DNA of 64,000 nt from an uncultured Pseudomonadota bacterium (GCA_963836235.1 CAWIIP010000002.1:896001-960000), one strand, 5' to 3'; positions 19,335 through 29,513 are shown, counted from the stretch's first letter. A program made the numbers and translations. The notes: generated from the letters alone by a model not told the origin.

Positions 19335-20738
19335 CTATTCAAAAGCCGCAAGAATACCTGACAGTTCAGAAGGATTGTTCTTGGCCGCAGATTGGTTAAT
19401 CATTGTTTTAATTTCTTCCGTCGTCGCCCGTTTATTGTTAGAGCCACGTCTTACAAAAAACATAAGTTTTTCTCTACTTTGATAAGGTTTGTCCTTCCCA
19501 ACCGAAATGTTTGCCATCACAATCCAATGCCCATCATATTGATGTAAAGTCACGGAGAATTCGGCCTGTTTGTCTGTGGCACTTCCAATAGCTTGTCTTA
19601 CAAAACCGCAATACTCTTCTAATTCCTTTTGTGCCGTCAATTTACCAGAAACAACACCTTTTTCGATTCCATCAACGGAACAGTTGTTGTTTACACCTAT
19701 TAAAATACGACCACCGCCCGTATTCAAAAAAGCCACCGTTGTTTCTACCAATTCCTCCAATTTGCTCTTGTCAGAATTTTTTATAAAAGGTTTGTATTCA
19801 ATTTGGAGCCCTTCACCAGACTCTAAAGCCTCCTTGATAATCTTTTTGTCTTCCAATTCAATATCTTTTTTTCCAAGAAACGGGAGGATATTTTTCTGTC
19901 CGACCTGCCAGTGAGAAATTTCTTGATGTAAATCATAAAGATTCTCTTCATCATCAACCAAATAGAAGTTAAATCCCGTAGCTTTTTCAGGAGCTTTAAT
20001 TTTTACTTTTTCCGAAGAGACTGTTTCCGAAAATTGAATTAAGTTCGTGTCTTGTTCCCAAACGCCTTTTAATCTCAATCCTTGGATTTCTTCTTTGAGA
20101 GATTGGATACCGATCGATATTCCATCCTCTAGATACTCCATTTCGTTAACCCAGGCTCTGCATTCCTGGAAAAAAAGGAGAACCGAACCAAACAAGCTGG
20201 AATTAGCATCAATATTTTGCAGGCCGGACCAATGACGTATTGCACTATGAACGCTGGGATAGACCGGAAGAGAAGAAGAAATAACTGGTTCATGCGATGC
20301 AAAATTCGGCCTGCTATTACAATCTCCCTGAAAATAATAAATGGGATTTTTTGAATGTCCATCCGTCTTGAACTCAAAATGCCCAATGCGATCACAACCA
20401 GTCGTTAGAATATCTTGATCCCCGATGCTGATTTTTCCGGTTTTCAATTGCTGTAAATAACTTTCAACTTGGTCAACTTCAATCCAATATTCTAAAAATT
20501 GAATTTTCTCATACTTTTGATTTTCTACCGGTTTCGGTTGTTTGGTTTTCAAAAATGTTTGGAACACACAAAGGCCGTTACGCCACAATTCCTCAGTTCC
20601 AACAGTGGTTTTTACTAAAACAACACGAACTCGAATTTTTGAATAAAATTTTTTATTGTCATCAATAACTTGATTTATTAGCGACCAAACTTCTTCGCCC
20701 GTCGAAAAGTGTTTGTAAGTGGAATCACTGGTTTTCAT
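19335..20738 (-). CDS. Protein with unrecognised N-terminal region and C-terminal Schlafen (AlbA_2) domain
   Basis: GEGLQIEYK...VAFLNTGGGRILIGV...FFVRRGS. Confidence 0.82.
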   Translation of the reverse strand: MKTSDSTYKHFSTGEEVWSLINQVIDDNKKFYSKIRVRVVLVKTTVGTEELWRNGLCVFQTFLKTKQPKPVENQKYEKIQFLEYWIEVDQVESYLQQLKTGKISIGDQDILTTGCDRIGHFEFKTDGHSKNPIYYFQGDCNSRPNFASHEPVISSSLPVYPSVHSAIRHWSGLQNIDANSSLFGSVLLFFQECRAWVNEMEYLEDGISIGIQSLKEEIQGLRLKGVWEQDTNLIQFSETVSSEKVKIKAPEKATGFNFYLVDDEENLYDLHQEISHWQVGQKNILPFLGKKDIELEDKKIIKEALESGEGLQIEYKPFIKNSDKSKLEELVETTVAFLNTGGGRILIGVNNNCSVDGIEKGVVSGKLTAQKELEEYCGFVRQAIGSATDKQAEFSVTLHQYDGHWIVMANISVGKDKPYQSREKLMFFVRRGSNNKRATTEEIKTMINQSAAKNNPSELSGILAAFE

Positions 20739-20953
20739 GGAAAATAAAATTCCTTCAAAGACATTTAAATAACCATTCGCACTTGGTTCTTTAACATAAC
20801 TTGAATTTTTAATTAGATTATTTTATCACTTAAAAACTTTTAAACAAACTGAAGGCGAGTTTTCACTGAAAGAGCGTCTATTTTTTGTCTAAATTCTAAA
20901 TAAGGCCTTTAGGAATGGGGTTACCGCTTTTATATGTTACTGCACCTTACATA

Positions 20954-21795
20954 TTATTCTGTATAAACCACGTAACTGGAACATATAGAACACGGGCATT
21001 GAATTGGGCAAGGCTGCATTGGCGGTTGCGGAACTGGTGTAGGTGGTGGTGGTGACGGAGGCGACCACGGAGGGATTAACAAACCCAACGGATCAGTAAA
21101 TTCAATGGGATTATTATTCGCATACCAGTATAAATTTGAATCGCTTGAAGTTGTTGCTCCAAAGCCATGATTTTTAAATTGGTCAATCGGGTCTCTACTC
21201 AACCACCTGCCCTTTTCCGTGTCATAGGCTCGATAGTGGGTCAAATCCAGGCCGGTGGTCTTGTTGACGTAATAACCGGCATAGCCAAAATCCGCCGTCA
21301 CCGCTTGGCTTAAAACCGCCTGCCTGCCCCACGAGTCGTAATCGTAGCTAGCCTGCACATTCCCGCTGGAATCCGTCATCTCCCTTACGCTTCCAAGATT
21401 GTCTTTTGCGAAGTAATAATTTGTCCCGCTAATCTGTTCCCCTTGGTCGAAGAACTGATTCACTACCGTATGCCCCGTCACGTCCCTTTGTTGGCATAAC
21501 TTTTCCCCACACCACACGAACGTCTTAGCAGTCAGTACGGTAGAGCCGTGGCTTTCGGTAATTCCTACGCAACGGCTTTTCCCGTCATAGGTGAAAGTGA
21601 TGGTGTCCGTCATGGTGGGAGGTTGTGGGTTAAGAACGTTTATCTGTACGAGCCGGTTGGCCGCGTCCCACTGATAGGTATACTTGTTGTCTGACAATAA
21701 CGATCCATTCGCGTCGTATTGAAAAGGCGTCGTGTTCAAGACATGATTCTTTTGAGAAGCCACCGTCCCGTCGGGGGCCACTGCCAGAATGGTCA
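20954..21795 (-). pseudogene. RHS repeat-associated core fragment with short degraded C-terminal tip
   Basis: YD repeats, DNLGSVRE, YDYDSWG, RAYD..GRWLSRDPI, DPLGL; 5' end cut by a 38-bp repeat. Confidence 0.85.
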
Positions 21796-21833
21796 AGTTG
21801 CACACTATCCTTTTTGCGACAGGCATGTGCAGG
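21796..21833. repeat. 38-bp repeat copy 1
   Basis: AGTTGCACACTATCCTTTTTGCGACAGGCATGTGCAGG. Confidence 0.95.
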
Positions 21834-21900
21834 AGAAGGCCTCGCTGGTCAATGGATCAAGCCTGTTACGGTTAGTGGCATTCCAACGGGTTTTCACTTT

Positions 21901-21938
21901 AGTTGCACACTATCCTTTTTGCGACAGGCATGTGCAGG
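21901..21938. repeat. 38-bp repeat copy 2
   Basis: Identical to copy 1, same orientation. Confidence 0.95.
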
Positions 21939-22306
21939 ACAAAAATAAAAATAAAATACAGAATCAGGAATGAGACTAAAACACAAAATATAAGCCCTAA
22001 AACGAATCCAATTATCCAAACGAGAACATCTCAACCACTATGAATGGGCCAATTTGAATGTCGGAAAGAATAAATCATCATAGGCAATGTCAAAGAACCG
22101 ACAGCTAAGGGAAAAAACAAATTCATAACCTTGTTGAACCTAATTGTTTTTCGAACCTCATTAGGGTCTTGAACTACTTGGTTTGGTTGAAAAAAATTTT
22201 CATATTTGATGAGACCGTCTTTAAACCAGCCCAACATTTTTTCAAGACGAGGTGCCCAGCCGGCGAAATCGACAATAGCTAGAAAAAGTCCCAAAACTTC
22301 AAGCAT
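21939..22306 (-). pseudogene. Membrane protein fragment with internal TGA, 3'-truncated by repeat copy 2
   Basis: MLEVLGLFLAIVDF... The frame continues past TGA 22031 as hydrophobic DVLVWIIGFVLGLIF up to the repeat. Confidence 0.55.
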
Positions 22307-22534
22307 GACCCGTCCCCATTCTTTGTACCACTTGTCCGCGCCAGCCGAAAAGGATTTGAGCCGTCCAGCATCCGAAATAAAGAACCCATGAACAAACGAA
22401 CCGACATCCCCCGGAATAGAACGGGTCCCCGGATCAGACAAAGCAAAGCAAATAATGGAGACCCCCGACTTTTGTCACAATGCAAAAGTCTTATTTTTTG
22501 CTAGGTTTTAAAAGTTCCTAACAACAAAAAAGTT

Positions 22535-23191
22535 TTACTTACCGGGAGTTATCGAATCCACTTCGATCCCAATAAATAAAAGTTGGTTTTCCGTTTGGTC
22601 AGCCACTGGAACTTGATAAATTTTTTGTTCTTCCAATGCTTTTCGAATATCTTGGAAGTTAATTACGGCCACGCCAATTGGAGTCGGCTTCGGATTCATT
22701 AGGTTTTTCGAGTAGAGTGTTATTTTGAATCGAGTTCCGCCATCAAAAGGAACGTTTTGATAAGAAGGCAAATGAAAAATCGGAGTGTAAGTACGTTCCA
22801 ATTCTTTTTTTGTACTAACTAGTCTAGCTTGCAATTTTGAATCGTACTGGCCATTGATAGCAACTTCAACCATGCCATATGGGGCTGGTTTCCCAGAACC
22901 CGAAATTAAAGAACCACTCAACAACCCTACAATCCCCGTGTATGGGTTTGCCCCTAAAAGTAATTGTGCTAATTGGTTTGTTACTGAAGGATTAACCTTT
23001 CCTGTGCCACTCCAGTGGGAACCATCAACCTTGGATGGGCCAATGGTCGCATTCACAATTTGAACTGTTACAAATTTTGGCGGAATCTCCGCGGTTTGTT
23101 GGGCTGGAGTAGATATAGTTGTTATTGTTTGTGCCCTCAATATTCCGGAAGAAATCAGCGCAAATAACATAATTAAACTTAATTTTTTCAT
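22535..23191 (-). CDS. Secreted hypothetical protein
   Basis: MKKLSLIMLFALI signal peptide, AAGGA RBS, 218 aa. Confidence 0.7.
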   Translation of the reverse strand: MKKLSLIMLFALISSGILRAQTITTISTPAQQTAEIPPKFVTVQIVNATIGPSKVDGSHWSGTGKVNPSVTNQLAQLLLGANPYTGIVGLLSGSLISGSGKPAPYGMVEVAINGQYDSKLQARLVSTKKELERTYTPIFHLPSYQNVPFDGGTRFKITLYSKNLMNPKPTPIGVAVINFQDIRKALEEQKIYQVPVADQTENQLLFIGIEVDSITPGK

Positions 23192-23264
23192 TTTCTCAAT
23201 CCTTTCAAAATTCGACTATTACTATTAAAAGAAGGCTCATTGTAATCCATAACTGACAGCCGTC

Positions 23265-23302
23265 AGTTGCACACTATCCTTTTTGCGACAGGCATGTGCA
23301 GG
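23265..23302. repeat. 38-bp repeat copy 3
   Basis: Identical to copies 1 and 2. Confidence 0.95.
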
Positions 23303-23840
23303 CAAATAATTGTCTCCAAACAAGTTCTCCAGTACCAGGAAGAAGATTATCCTGAGCACTAAAAGCTTTAGCCGCTACCCCCTCTGCGGAAATTGCCATC
23401 TGCGCTCCATCATCTTTCGATTTTAAAATTTGTATCGCTGCATCACCAACAATAGTTGTAGTCTCATTTATTCGTGAGGTTAAATCCCGAAAACGTTGGG
23501 CAGCTTGTTTTAATCCTCTTGCTTTAGATTTCGGGTCTATTTCCGATAAGATTAACTTTAATTGAGCATATTTCTTTTCCTCCATTTCAGAAATACGTCC
23601 AAGGGTTTCCACCGTCTTTGGGTCTGTATTAAATCCAAGAGTGCTAATTAAACTCCCAACTTGAGTATTTCCGATCAAATCACGATAAGGGGTGGCATCG
23701 GTATTAATACTATGAATTTCTTCGTCAAGTTTTTTAGTAAGGATTGGAATAACCTTTTGTCCTAAATCTTGAACTGTATCCAAACCATATGGTCTAAAAG
23801 TAGGTTCTCCTTCATCCAAATATGCTCGAGCACATCTACC
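23303..23840 (-). pseudogene. Internal fragment of an SMC-like AAA/ABC ATPase
   Basis: RCARAYLDEGEPTFRPYGLD and LPGTGELVWRQLF motifs around a coiled coil; no start and no Walker motifs. Confidence 0.6.
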
Positions 23841-23891
23841 TTTTTTTAATCAGTTCAAATTAGATTCATCACACTTACTTAAAAGGTGCCT

Positions 23892-24953
23892 CTAACTACT
23901 GCTGCCGCTAACAGAAAGATTACACTGATTTGGCTCAGTAACAGTCCCACTAAAAGATTGATTGTTGTTACCAAAAGTTAAATTAACAGTGGCTGTCTCG
24001 CCGGTTGAATAAACATAACCAGTTAGTACTGCTGTAGTTCCTGATATGGTTCCAGTTAAAGTAATTGGAGATTCACCTGCGACAGACAAGTCAAAAGTAA
24101 GATTCGATCCGTTTTGACTTAGCGTGCCATTCCAAGCATAAGAAAGTCCAACCCCACAAACACAGGAAACCCCGCAAGTACCACCCGTAACAGTTACGTT
24201 CCCCGACCAAGTGCATCCCGGAACAGTAAAATCAGCCCCAAACTCTGCCCCACCAACCCCGCCAAAAATATAGGTTCCGCATCCTGTCAGTGACGAACTT
24301 GTATATGAACCCGAATAAAGTGTGCCCAAATAATTAAAGCTCACTTGGAAGCCATCACCGGGGCTGACGACCGGCAAGGTTTGGTTAAAGACACAGCTGG
24401 TTGACCCGCCATCCGCTATAAAACTTCCCAAAATAGTGGATGGATTACCCAGGTGGTTGAACACGATCGTAATCGGAACACCGATTAGGCAAGAGTTTGT
24501 TTCCCCGACCCCATAACTGATGGCCGCGTAAACTTGAAAATTCCAGTTTTTAAGACTGACATTTTGAAATACCGTAGTTAAATCACAGGTGGCCGTAGGT
24601 GTTACTGAAGAGACAACAGTATTCGTAAAGGTAGGTGTGTTTGTCGGGGTGGAAGAAAACGTATAAGTCGTCGATAAGGTATTAGTTGGCGAATAGGTTG
24701 GGGTCGGGGAAAAAGTATTAGTCGGTGTGTTAGTGATCGTAAACGTGTTCGTGAAAGTAAAAGTGAAGGTCGGCGTACAGGTAGGGGAAGTTCCCACGAA
24801 ACAAGCCTGGGTGGGGGTAAAAGACGGGGTGGCCGACCAGTAAATAGTTACTGGAGCGGGGGCGGTAGGAGTGGTGGTTTTGCCAGGGCAACCGACGATG
24901 AAAACTGATCCCAAAACCAAGAAACCCGCAAGGCAAAATAAACGTAGTTTCAA
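23892..24953 (-). CDS. Lipoprotein with Thr/Pro stalk and Cys-containing beta domains
   Basis: Lipobox IVG-C-PGK; TPT repeats. Confidence 0.75.
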   Translation of the reverse strand: MKLRLFCLAGFLVLGSVFIVGCPGKTTTPTAPAPVTIYWSATPSFTPTQACFVGTSPTCTPTFTFTFTNTFTITNTPTNTFSPTPTYSPTNTLSTTYTFSSTPTNTPTFTNTVVSSVTPTATCDLTTVFQNVSLKNWNFQVYAAISYGVGETNSCLIGVPITIVFNHLGNPSTILGSFIADGGSTSCVFNQTLPVVSPGDGFQVSFNYLGTLYSGSYTSSSLTGCGTYIFGGVGGAEFGADFTVPGCTWSGNVTVTGGTCGVSCVCGVGLSYAWNGTLSQNGSNLTFDLSVAGESPITLTGTISGTTAVLTGYVYSTGETATVNLTFGNNNQSFSGTVTEPNQCNLSVSGSSS

Positions 24954-24991
24954 AAAGGCACTCCAATAAAAGATTCATTCAACATTTCGGA

Positions 24992-26674
24992 TCAATAAAG
25001 CTCCACGTTAGAAACATAAACATTGGCGGTATTGAAGGAAGCGGTCGCGCTGGCTCCCGTATAGAACGAGAGCCCGATTTGCTGGACGTTCGTGGCATCC
25101 GTTCCGGTAAAGGCCGGCGCGAAATTGACTTGGGTCCATGTACCGGCGCTCGATAAATTGACATAACCCCCATTGTAGTTGTCCGCATAACTGTTGGTAT
25201 TAACGAATAAACCCGCCCCTGGATAGCCGTTGGAAAAAACCGCGTCCGTTTTGATCCAGCCACGGAAACCCGTGACCCCCAAGGTCGTGAAATTGGCAGC
25301 GTTAGAACCCGTCCCCCAGGTGTACTGAATATTGTCCTGCTGGCCCGCGGCGGTGAATTGGATATTGTCGGTTACGCAATTGGCGCTGTTGTACCCCGGT
25401 GAGGATGAAGAGAGACCCGAAACCACCGGAGTCGGTCCGGTGGTAACCCCACTCAGGTAGTAATTGGAATAATCCGACCAGCCGGTCAAGGCCGTTGAGG
25501 AGCCAGAATCAAACCAGGTTCCGCCCGCAACAGGCGTCGGCGTCGCCGGTGTGTTACTGATCGTGACATCGTCGACATAAATGTGTCCGGTTGTAGCCGA
25601 GGTACCGGATTGCACCTGAACTCCAAGGCGTTCGACTTGCGCGGCATTTTCCCCCGAAGTGGCCCAATTAGGGGTGAAGGTTAATTGAGTCCAACTGCCC
25701 GCCGTCAAGTTGGTTCCGGCATTGTTCTCCCAGGTATATCCCGTTCCGCTCTCTGTAAAGAGTTGGGCGAAGCTTCCCGCACCCGCGATCACAGGGGCGT
25801 CCACATAGACCCAAAGGCTGATGGTTTGGCCGGAAAGATTCGCTGGGGAAGCGAAAAGAATATCGATATTGACCGTCCCGGTGCCAGAGAAGGGCGCGGT
25901 AGCTTCAAAAGCCCCTATTCCCGAGTGAACGGTGGTTGAGGAATAAGAATCCGTGACCCCTGAAAGGGAGCTATCGGCGGTTGACCAGCACTGCAAGCCA
26001 TAGTCAAAAGTGTAGCTCGACAGGAAAACCGCGCTTGAGCATGGCGCGGGTGTGTTAGTAGAGGTCAAAGTTGAGGTAACGGTGAAGGTGGGAGTGAATG
26101 TAGAAGTATTCCCGCTCCCATTGGTTGCGGTAGGAGTATTAGTGGCGGTTGACGTTAGTCCACCCGTATTGGTCGGCGTCGAAGTGGGGGTGGTCGTCGG
26201 GGTAAAACTGGGTGTCCCCGTGACCGAGTTTGTGGGCGTAAAGGTTTTTGAGACGGTATTGCTAGAGGTTGCGGAAGGGCTGTTGCTGGGAGTTAAAGTG
26301 GGTGTCGCCGTGGTCGTACTCGTGGCGTTATTGGTCGCGGTCGGGGTATTGCTGGCCGTGAACGTTGGACTGTTTGTGCTGGTGAAAGAAGGGGTGCTAG
26401 TCGTCGTTCTTGTATTGGTCGCGATTCCCGTTGAGGTCGGTGTGCTTGTGGCCGTAAGGGTAGGGCTGTTGGTAGGAGTAAAGGTAGCGGTAAATGTGAA
26501 GGTCGGAGTGAAGGGTGTTAGGGTTCCTGTCGGAGTCGAAGTCGCTGTGCTGGTCGTGACAATGATTACTGTTACGGGAGCAGGACTGGTGGGGTTATCT
26601 TTCCCAGGACATCCAATGTTTGAAAAAGCTATTCCAGCCAGAACCGAAAAAAGCCCAATAATGCGATATTTCAT
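24992..26674 (-). CDS. Lipoprotein with long Thr/Pro stalk and two CBM-like domains
   Basis: NIG-C-PGK; YTFD...QVERLGVQ...YVDDVT and NVQQIGL domains resemble those in 48461..56233. Confidence 0.78.
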   Translation of the reverse strand: MKYRIIGLFSVLAGIAFSNIGCPGKDNPTSPAPVTVIIVTTSTATSTPTGTLTPFTPTFTFTATFTPTNSPTLTATSTPTSTGIATNTRTTTSTPSFTSTNSPTFTASNTPTATNNATSTTTATPTLTPSNSPSATSSNTVSKTFTPTNSVTGTPSFTPTTTPTSTPTNTGGLTSTATNTPTATNGSGNTSTFTPTFTVTSTLTSTNTPAPCSSAVFLSSYTFDYGLQCWSTADSSLSGVTDSYSSTTVHSGIGAFEATAPFSGTGTVNIDILFASPANLSGQTISLWVYVDAPVIAGAGSFAQLFTESGTGYTWENNAGTNLTAGSWTQLTFTPNWATSGENAAQVERLGVQVQSGTSATTGHIYVDDVTISNTPATPTPVAGGTWFDSGSSTALTGWSDYSNYYLSGVTTGPTPVVSGLSSSSPGYNSANCVTDNIQFTAAGQQDNIQYTWGTGSNAANFTTLGVTGFRGWIKTDAVFSNGYPGAGLFVNTNSYADNYNGGYVNLSSAGTWTQVNFAPAFTGTDATNVQQIGLSFYTGASATASFNTANVYVSNVELY

Positions 26675-27672
26675 AGAGTTCCCAAGTTAACGCCGAATTC
26701 CTCGATGATAACAGCGTGGGCCGGGCTGGTGGCCGTGGCATCCGTGATATAGGTGTCCCATTGGGATCCGCCCGCCGGGTATCCCTTGCTGGAATAAACA
26801 TGGGAGGAATAGAGGACGCCATTGCCCGAACCCGTATCGGTCAGGTCATTGGCGGGTAGCCCCGTCAAGTCGAAAGCCCAGTTAAGTCCGCCCGCCACCA
26901 CGATGTTATTGGCGCCCGCGTTGCGGACAGCGGTCAAGAGGGCCTGGAGGCCCGGAGTTGTGAAACCATTGGCCGCGCCACCGTCCCGCCAGATGGACCA
27001 GCTGACGTCGTGGGGCTCGTTATAGATGTCGAACATGACGGCGGGATTGTTGGCATAAGTGGAGGCCACCGAGGACCAGAAAGTGACGGCGTTCATGTCC
27101 GGCATATCTTGTTGGGCGGTAGCGCCACCCCATCCCGTTCCGCAAGGTGCTGTCGCGGTGCTTGAGGTTCCCGACCAATGGAGGTCCAAATCCAAATAGA
27201 CATTGTTCGCGGAGCAATAGTTGATGACCGCCTGGATTTCCGCCCGATAGGCGGTTTGATTGGGCGTCCCTCCTGAATTGGTACAGCCGAACCAAAAATC
27301 CTGGTTGATGGGGAACCGGACGCAGTTGGCGTGCCAAACGCTGACCGCCTCAGTGATGATCGAAACGTAATCCGTCATGGTGACGCCGCTAATAGTGGTC
27401 GTGGGACGGCCTGTGCCACCGTCACCCGTGGGGCTATATTCCATTCCGGAAACGTCCACACCCTTTAAGCGGACAGTACAACCGCCGCTGGCTGTAACAA
27501 TCTGGTTACCCGAGATTTTAAGTTGAGCGGAAGTCGCGTGAACTTCGGAAGGAACCACCACAAAAAAGAGGAAAACCGCAAGGGACAAAAAGGACACAAA
27601 AACAAATCGAGCGAAAAACGTTTTTAAGTTTTCGCATAAAGTGAATTTCTGGATTTTAAAGGACCCGTTCAT
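26671..27672 (-). CDS. Glycoside hydrolase family 5 (cellulase-like), probably C-terminally truncated
   Basis: LDLHW, FDIYNEP (acid/base), SHVY, IEEFG (nucleophile), then stops 6 aa later. Confidence 0.82.
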   Translation of the reverse strand: MNGSFKIQKFTLCENLKTFFARFVFVSFLSLAVFLFFVVVPSEVHATSAQLKISGNQIVTASGGCTVRLKGVDVSGMEYSPTGDGGTGRPTTTISGVTMTDYVSIITEAVSVWHANCVRFPINQDFWFGCTNSGGTPNQTAYRAEIQAVINYCSANNVYLDLDLHWSGTSSTATAPCGTGWGGATAQQDMPDMNAVTFWSSVASTYANNPAVMFDIYNEPHDVSWSIWRDGGAANGFTTPGLQALLTAVRNAGANNIVVAGGLNWAFDLTGLPANDLTDTGSGNGVLYSSHVYSSKGYPAGGSQWDTYITDATATSPAHAVIIEEFGVNLGTL

Positions 27673-27725
27673 GGTGTCCCCTTTTTGAGATGACTACTTT
27701 TCCAACCGGGTAAATTATTTGTAAA

Positions 27726-29429
27726 CCGGAATTTCCCAGATGACCTTCTCTGAAAACATTGCCGGGTAATTTGTTTCTCATTATATCGCCCCCCCCCCGC
27801 TTCTTCCATCCGAATCCGGAATTTTCCGTCCTGGGCCACTGAAATAAGCCCCAGGAAAAGGTTTCTGTGCCCAAAAAAGCTGAAATTGACCTTCTGGAAA
27901 GCCAATTCTCGTTGTGAGCGCACACCTATCCTGCGGTAGTCGCTCGGGTTGAAGCCTTGATGCCTTCCTGCGGTTATCGCAGTACTGGCGCTCGCGGCCT
28001 TACCATTGCCAGTAGCCGTATCCGATTGAGGATTTCAGCAAACAGGCGTCGGGAAACCATCACCTCCGCCATCTGGAAAATAACGTACCGCGAATGACGG
28101 ATGACATTAGCCCCGATCTTGATGAGTTTTTCCCTCAAGGTCGTTAGCGACCAATGTTTCACCAGTTCTGGCAGTGCCAGTCGGCGCAGGAAGTTGCCCA
28201 GATTGTAGGCCAGGGCGAATAGTTGTAAGCGCACTTGGTTGTCCGCGAAGTCGTGGCAGCTTAGTCTTGTCCACTTCATCGCATACTTTCCCTCTTTGAT
28301 CCACTGCTCAGCCGTGCCTCTTCCGTTGTAGAATTTCACCACCTGGGGTGCCGGTCGTCGCATGTTCGTTACGATGAAACCCACCTTTGGGAACAATTCC
28401 CCGTTGTGATGTTCGATCTTCGCCACCACGCGGCGGGGTTTGTCCCAGCTGACGGCTTGGTATTGGAAGCTGTGAAACCGGACAACCGGCTTGTGGGAGG
28501 GGCGGCCCACGGGACGGGTTAAAAATGGCTCGATTTCCCGTTGGAGTATGGCATTGGCAGGTTGGCGGATCGCGTAAAGATATCCTTCGTCTTCTAGGTA
28601 TTCGTATAGTTCCTGACGGGCGAAAGCCGCGTCACCCCGGAAAAACCGGCTGATGGAAAGACCCCGGTAGCGGGCAACTACCGGTTCAAGAACCGAACGC
28701 CATTCGTGGGCACTGGCCACATTGCCGTTGCGCAACATAGCCCGTTCCAAATCGCCGAACTGGTTGAAGCAAAACAGGGGATGGTAACAGGTACAGCCAA
28801 AGTAACCGTTGTACAAGGAACCTTCCTGATCCCCGTAGGTCTCGCTCACTGAGCTATCCATGTCGAGGATGATCTGTTGTATGGGCTTTTTCTCATGGAC
28901 TCCATCGATCCATTGGCCCGATAAGTCAATTAAGCCGGTCAAATTCTTCGACTGGGTGAGGACCTCCGTCTCGAAACGACCCATCTGGCTGGTGGAGGCG
29001 GCCTGTTTTTCCCTGGCCCGTCCTCCGATCACATGCCGCATCGCAGGATCGACACTCAGGCGTTCTGCGTCGTTGGTATCCTCATAACCGGCCAAGCGGC
29101 TGAATACCGACTGGCGAAGAAGCGCCGTCATCGTGTGTTGCGTATTCTTACCGGTCCGCCGATCCCAAAGGATGTTTTCTGTTCTGTCAGTCAAACCAAA
29201 AGCTTCGTCGAGTTCGCGATAGGGAATCAACCCGCCATCGGAAGTGACCTTCGCACCATGGAACTCCAACTTGAGGCCAGGATCAAAAACCACCCGAAGA
29301 GCGTCTTTTCCGCCTTCACCCATTGCATTTCCCCCTCTCATGTTCCCCAACACGAAGAAAAACCTTTGTTTATATGGCCAAACGTTGTCTTATTATACTC
29401 GAAAGGAAATTCCATCTGGGAAATCCGGG
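27726..29429 (-). mobile_element. IS1380-family insertion sequence
   Basis: 15/17 IRs CCGGAATTTCCCAGATG / CATCTGGGAAATCCGGG; no TSD seen. Confidence 0.88.
27974..29323 (-). CDS. IS1380-family transposase
   Basis: TSDGGL, GYEDTNDA, LDMDSS, RGDAAF, YNGRGTAEQWIKEGK. Confidence 0.95.
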   Translation of the reverse strand: MGEGGKDALRVVFDPGLKLEFHGAKVTSDGGLIPYRELDEAFGLTDRTENILWDRRTGKNTQHTMTALLRQSVFSRLAGYEDTNDAERLSVDPAMRHVIGGRAREKQAASTSQMGRFETEVLTQSKNLTGLIDLSGQWIDGVHEKKPIQQIILDMDSSVSETYGDQEGSLYNGYFGCTCYHPLFCFNQFGDLERAMLRNGNVASAHEWRSVLEPVVARYRGLSISRFFRGDAAFARQELYEYLEDEGYLYAIRQPANAILQREIEPFLTRPVGRPSHKPVVRFHSFQYQAVSWDKPRRVVAKIEHHNGELFPKVGFIVTNMRRPAPQVVKFYNGRGTAEQWIKEGKYAMKWTRLSCHDFADNQVRLQLFALAYNLGNFLRRLALPELVKHWSLTTLREKLIKIGANVIRHSRYVIFQMAEVMVSRRLFAEILNRIRLLAMVRPRAPVLR

Positions 29430-29513
29430 ATTATGTCTTTGATCCAACGACTCTGATTTTCTCACTGTTGGATTGCTGGCCGGTTTCGGGCGGATCAAAA
29501 AATGCACTAGGCA

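Noticed and set aside
20789-20799. XerD-like arm TTATGTTAAAG (minus)
   Set aside because: No XerC arm at 6-bp spacing; AT-rich context makes a chance match likely
21782-21789. Third TGCCAGAA matching the IS256 target duplication
   Set aside because: An 8-mer with no IS end adjacent; expected by chance
22031-22033. Stop-codon recoding suggested by in-frame TGA/TAA in island genes
   Set aside because: Housekeeping genes use TGA, TAA and TAG as normal stops; the lesions fit decay
21796-23302. 38-bp repeats as a CRISPR array (GTTGCA start, hairpin, CRISPR-like length)
   Set aside because: Gaps are 67 bp and ~1.33 kb, there are no cas genes in the window, and the repeats coincide with gene truncations
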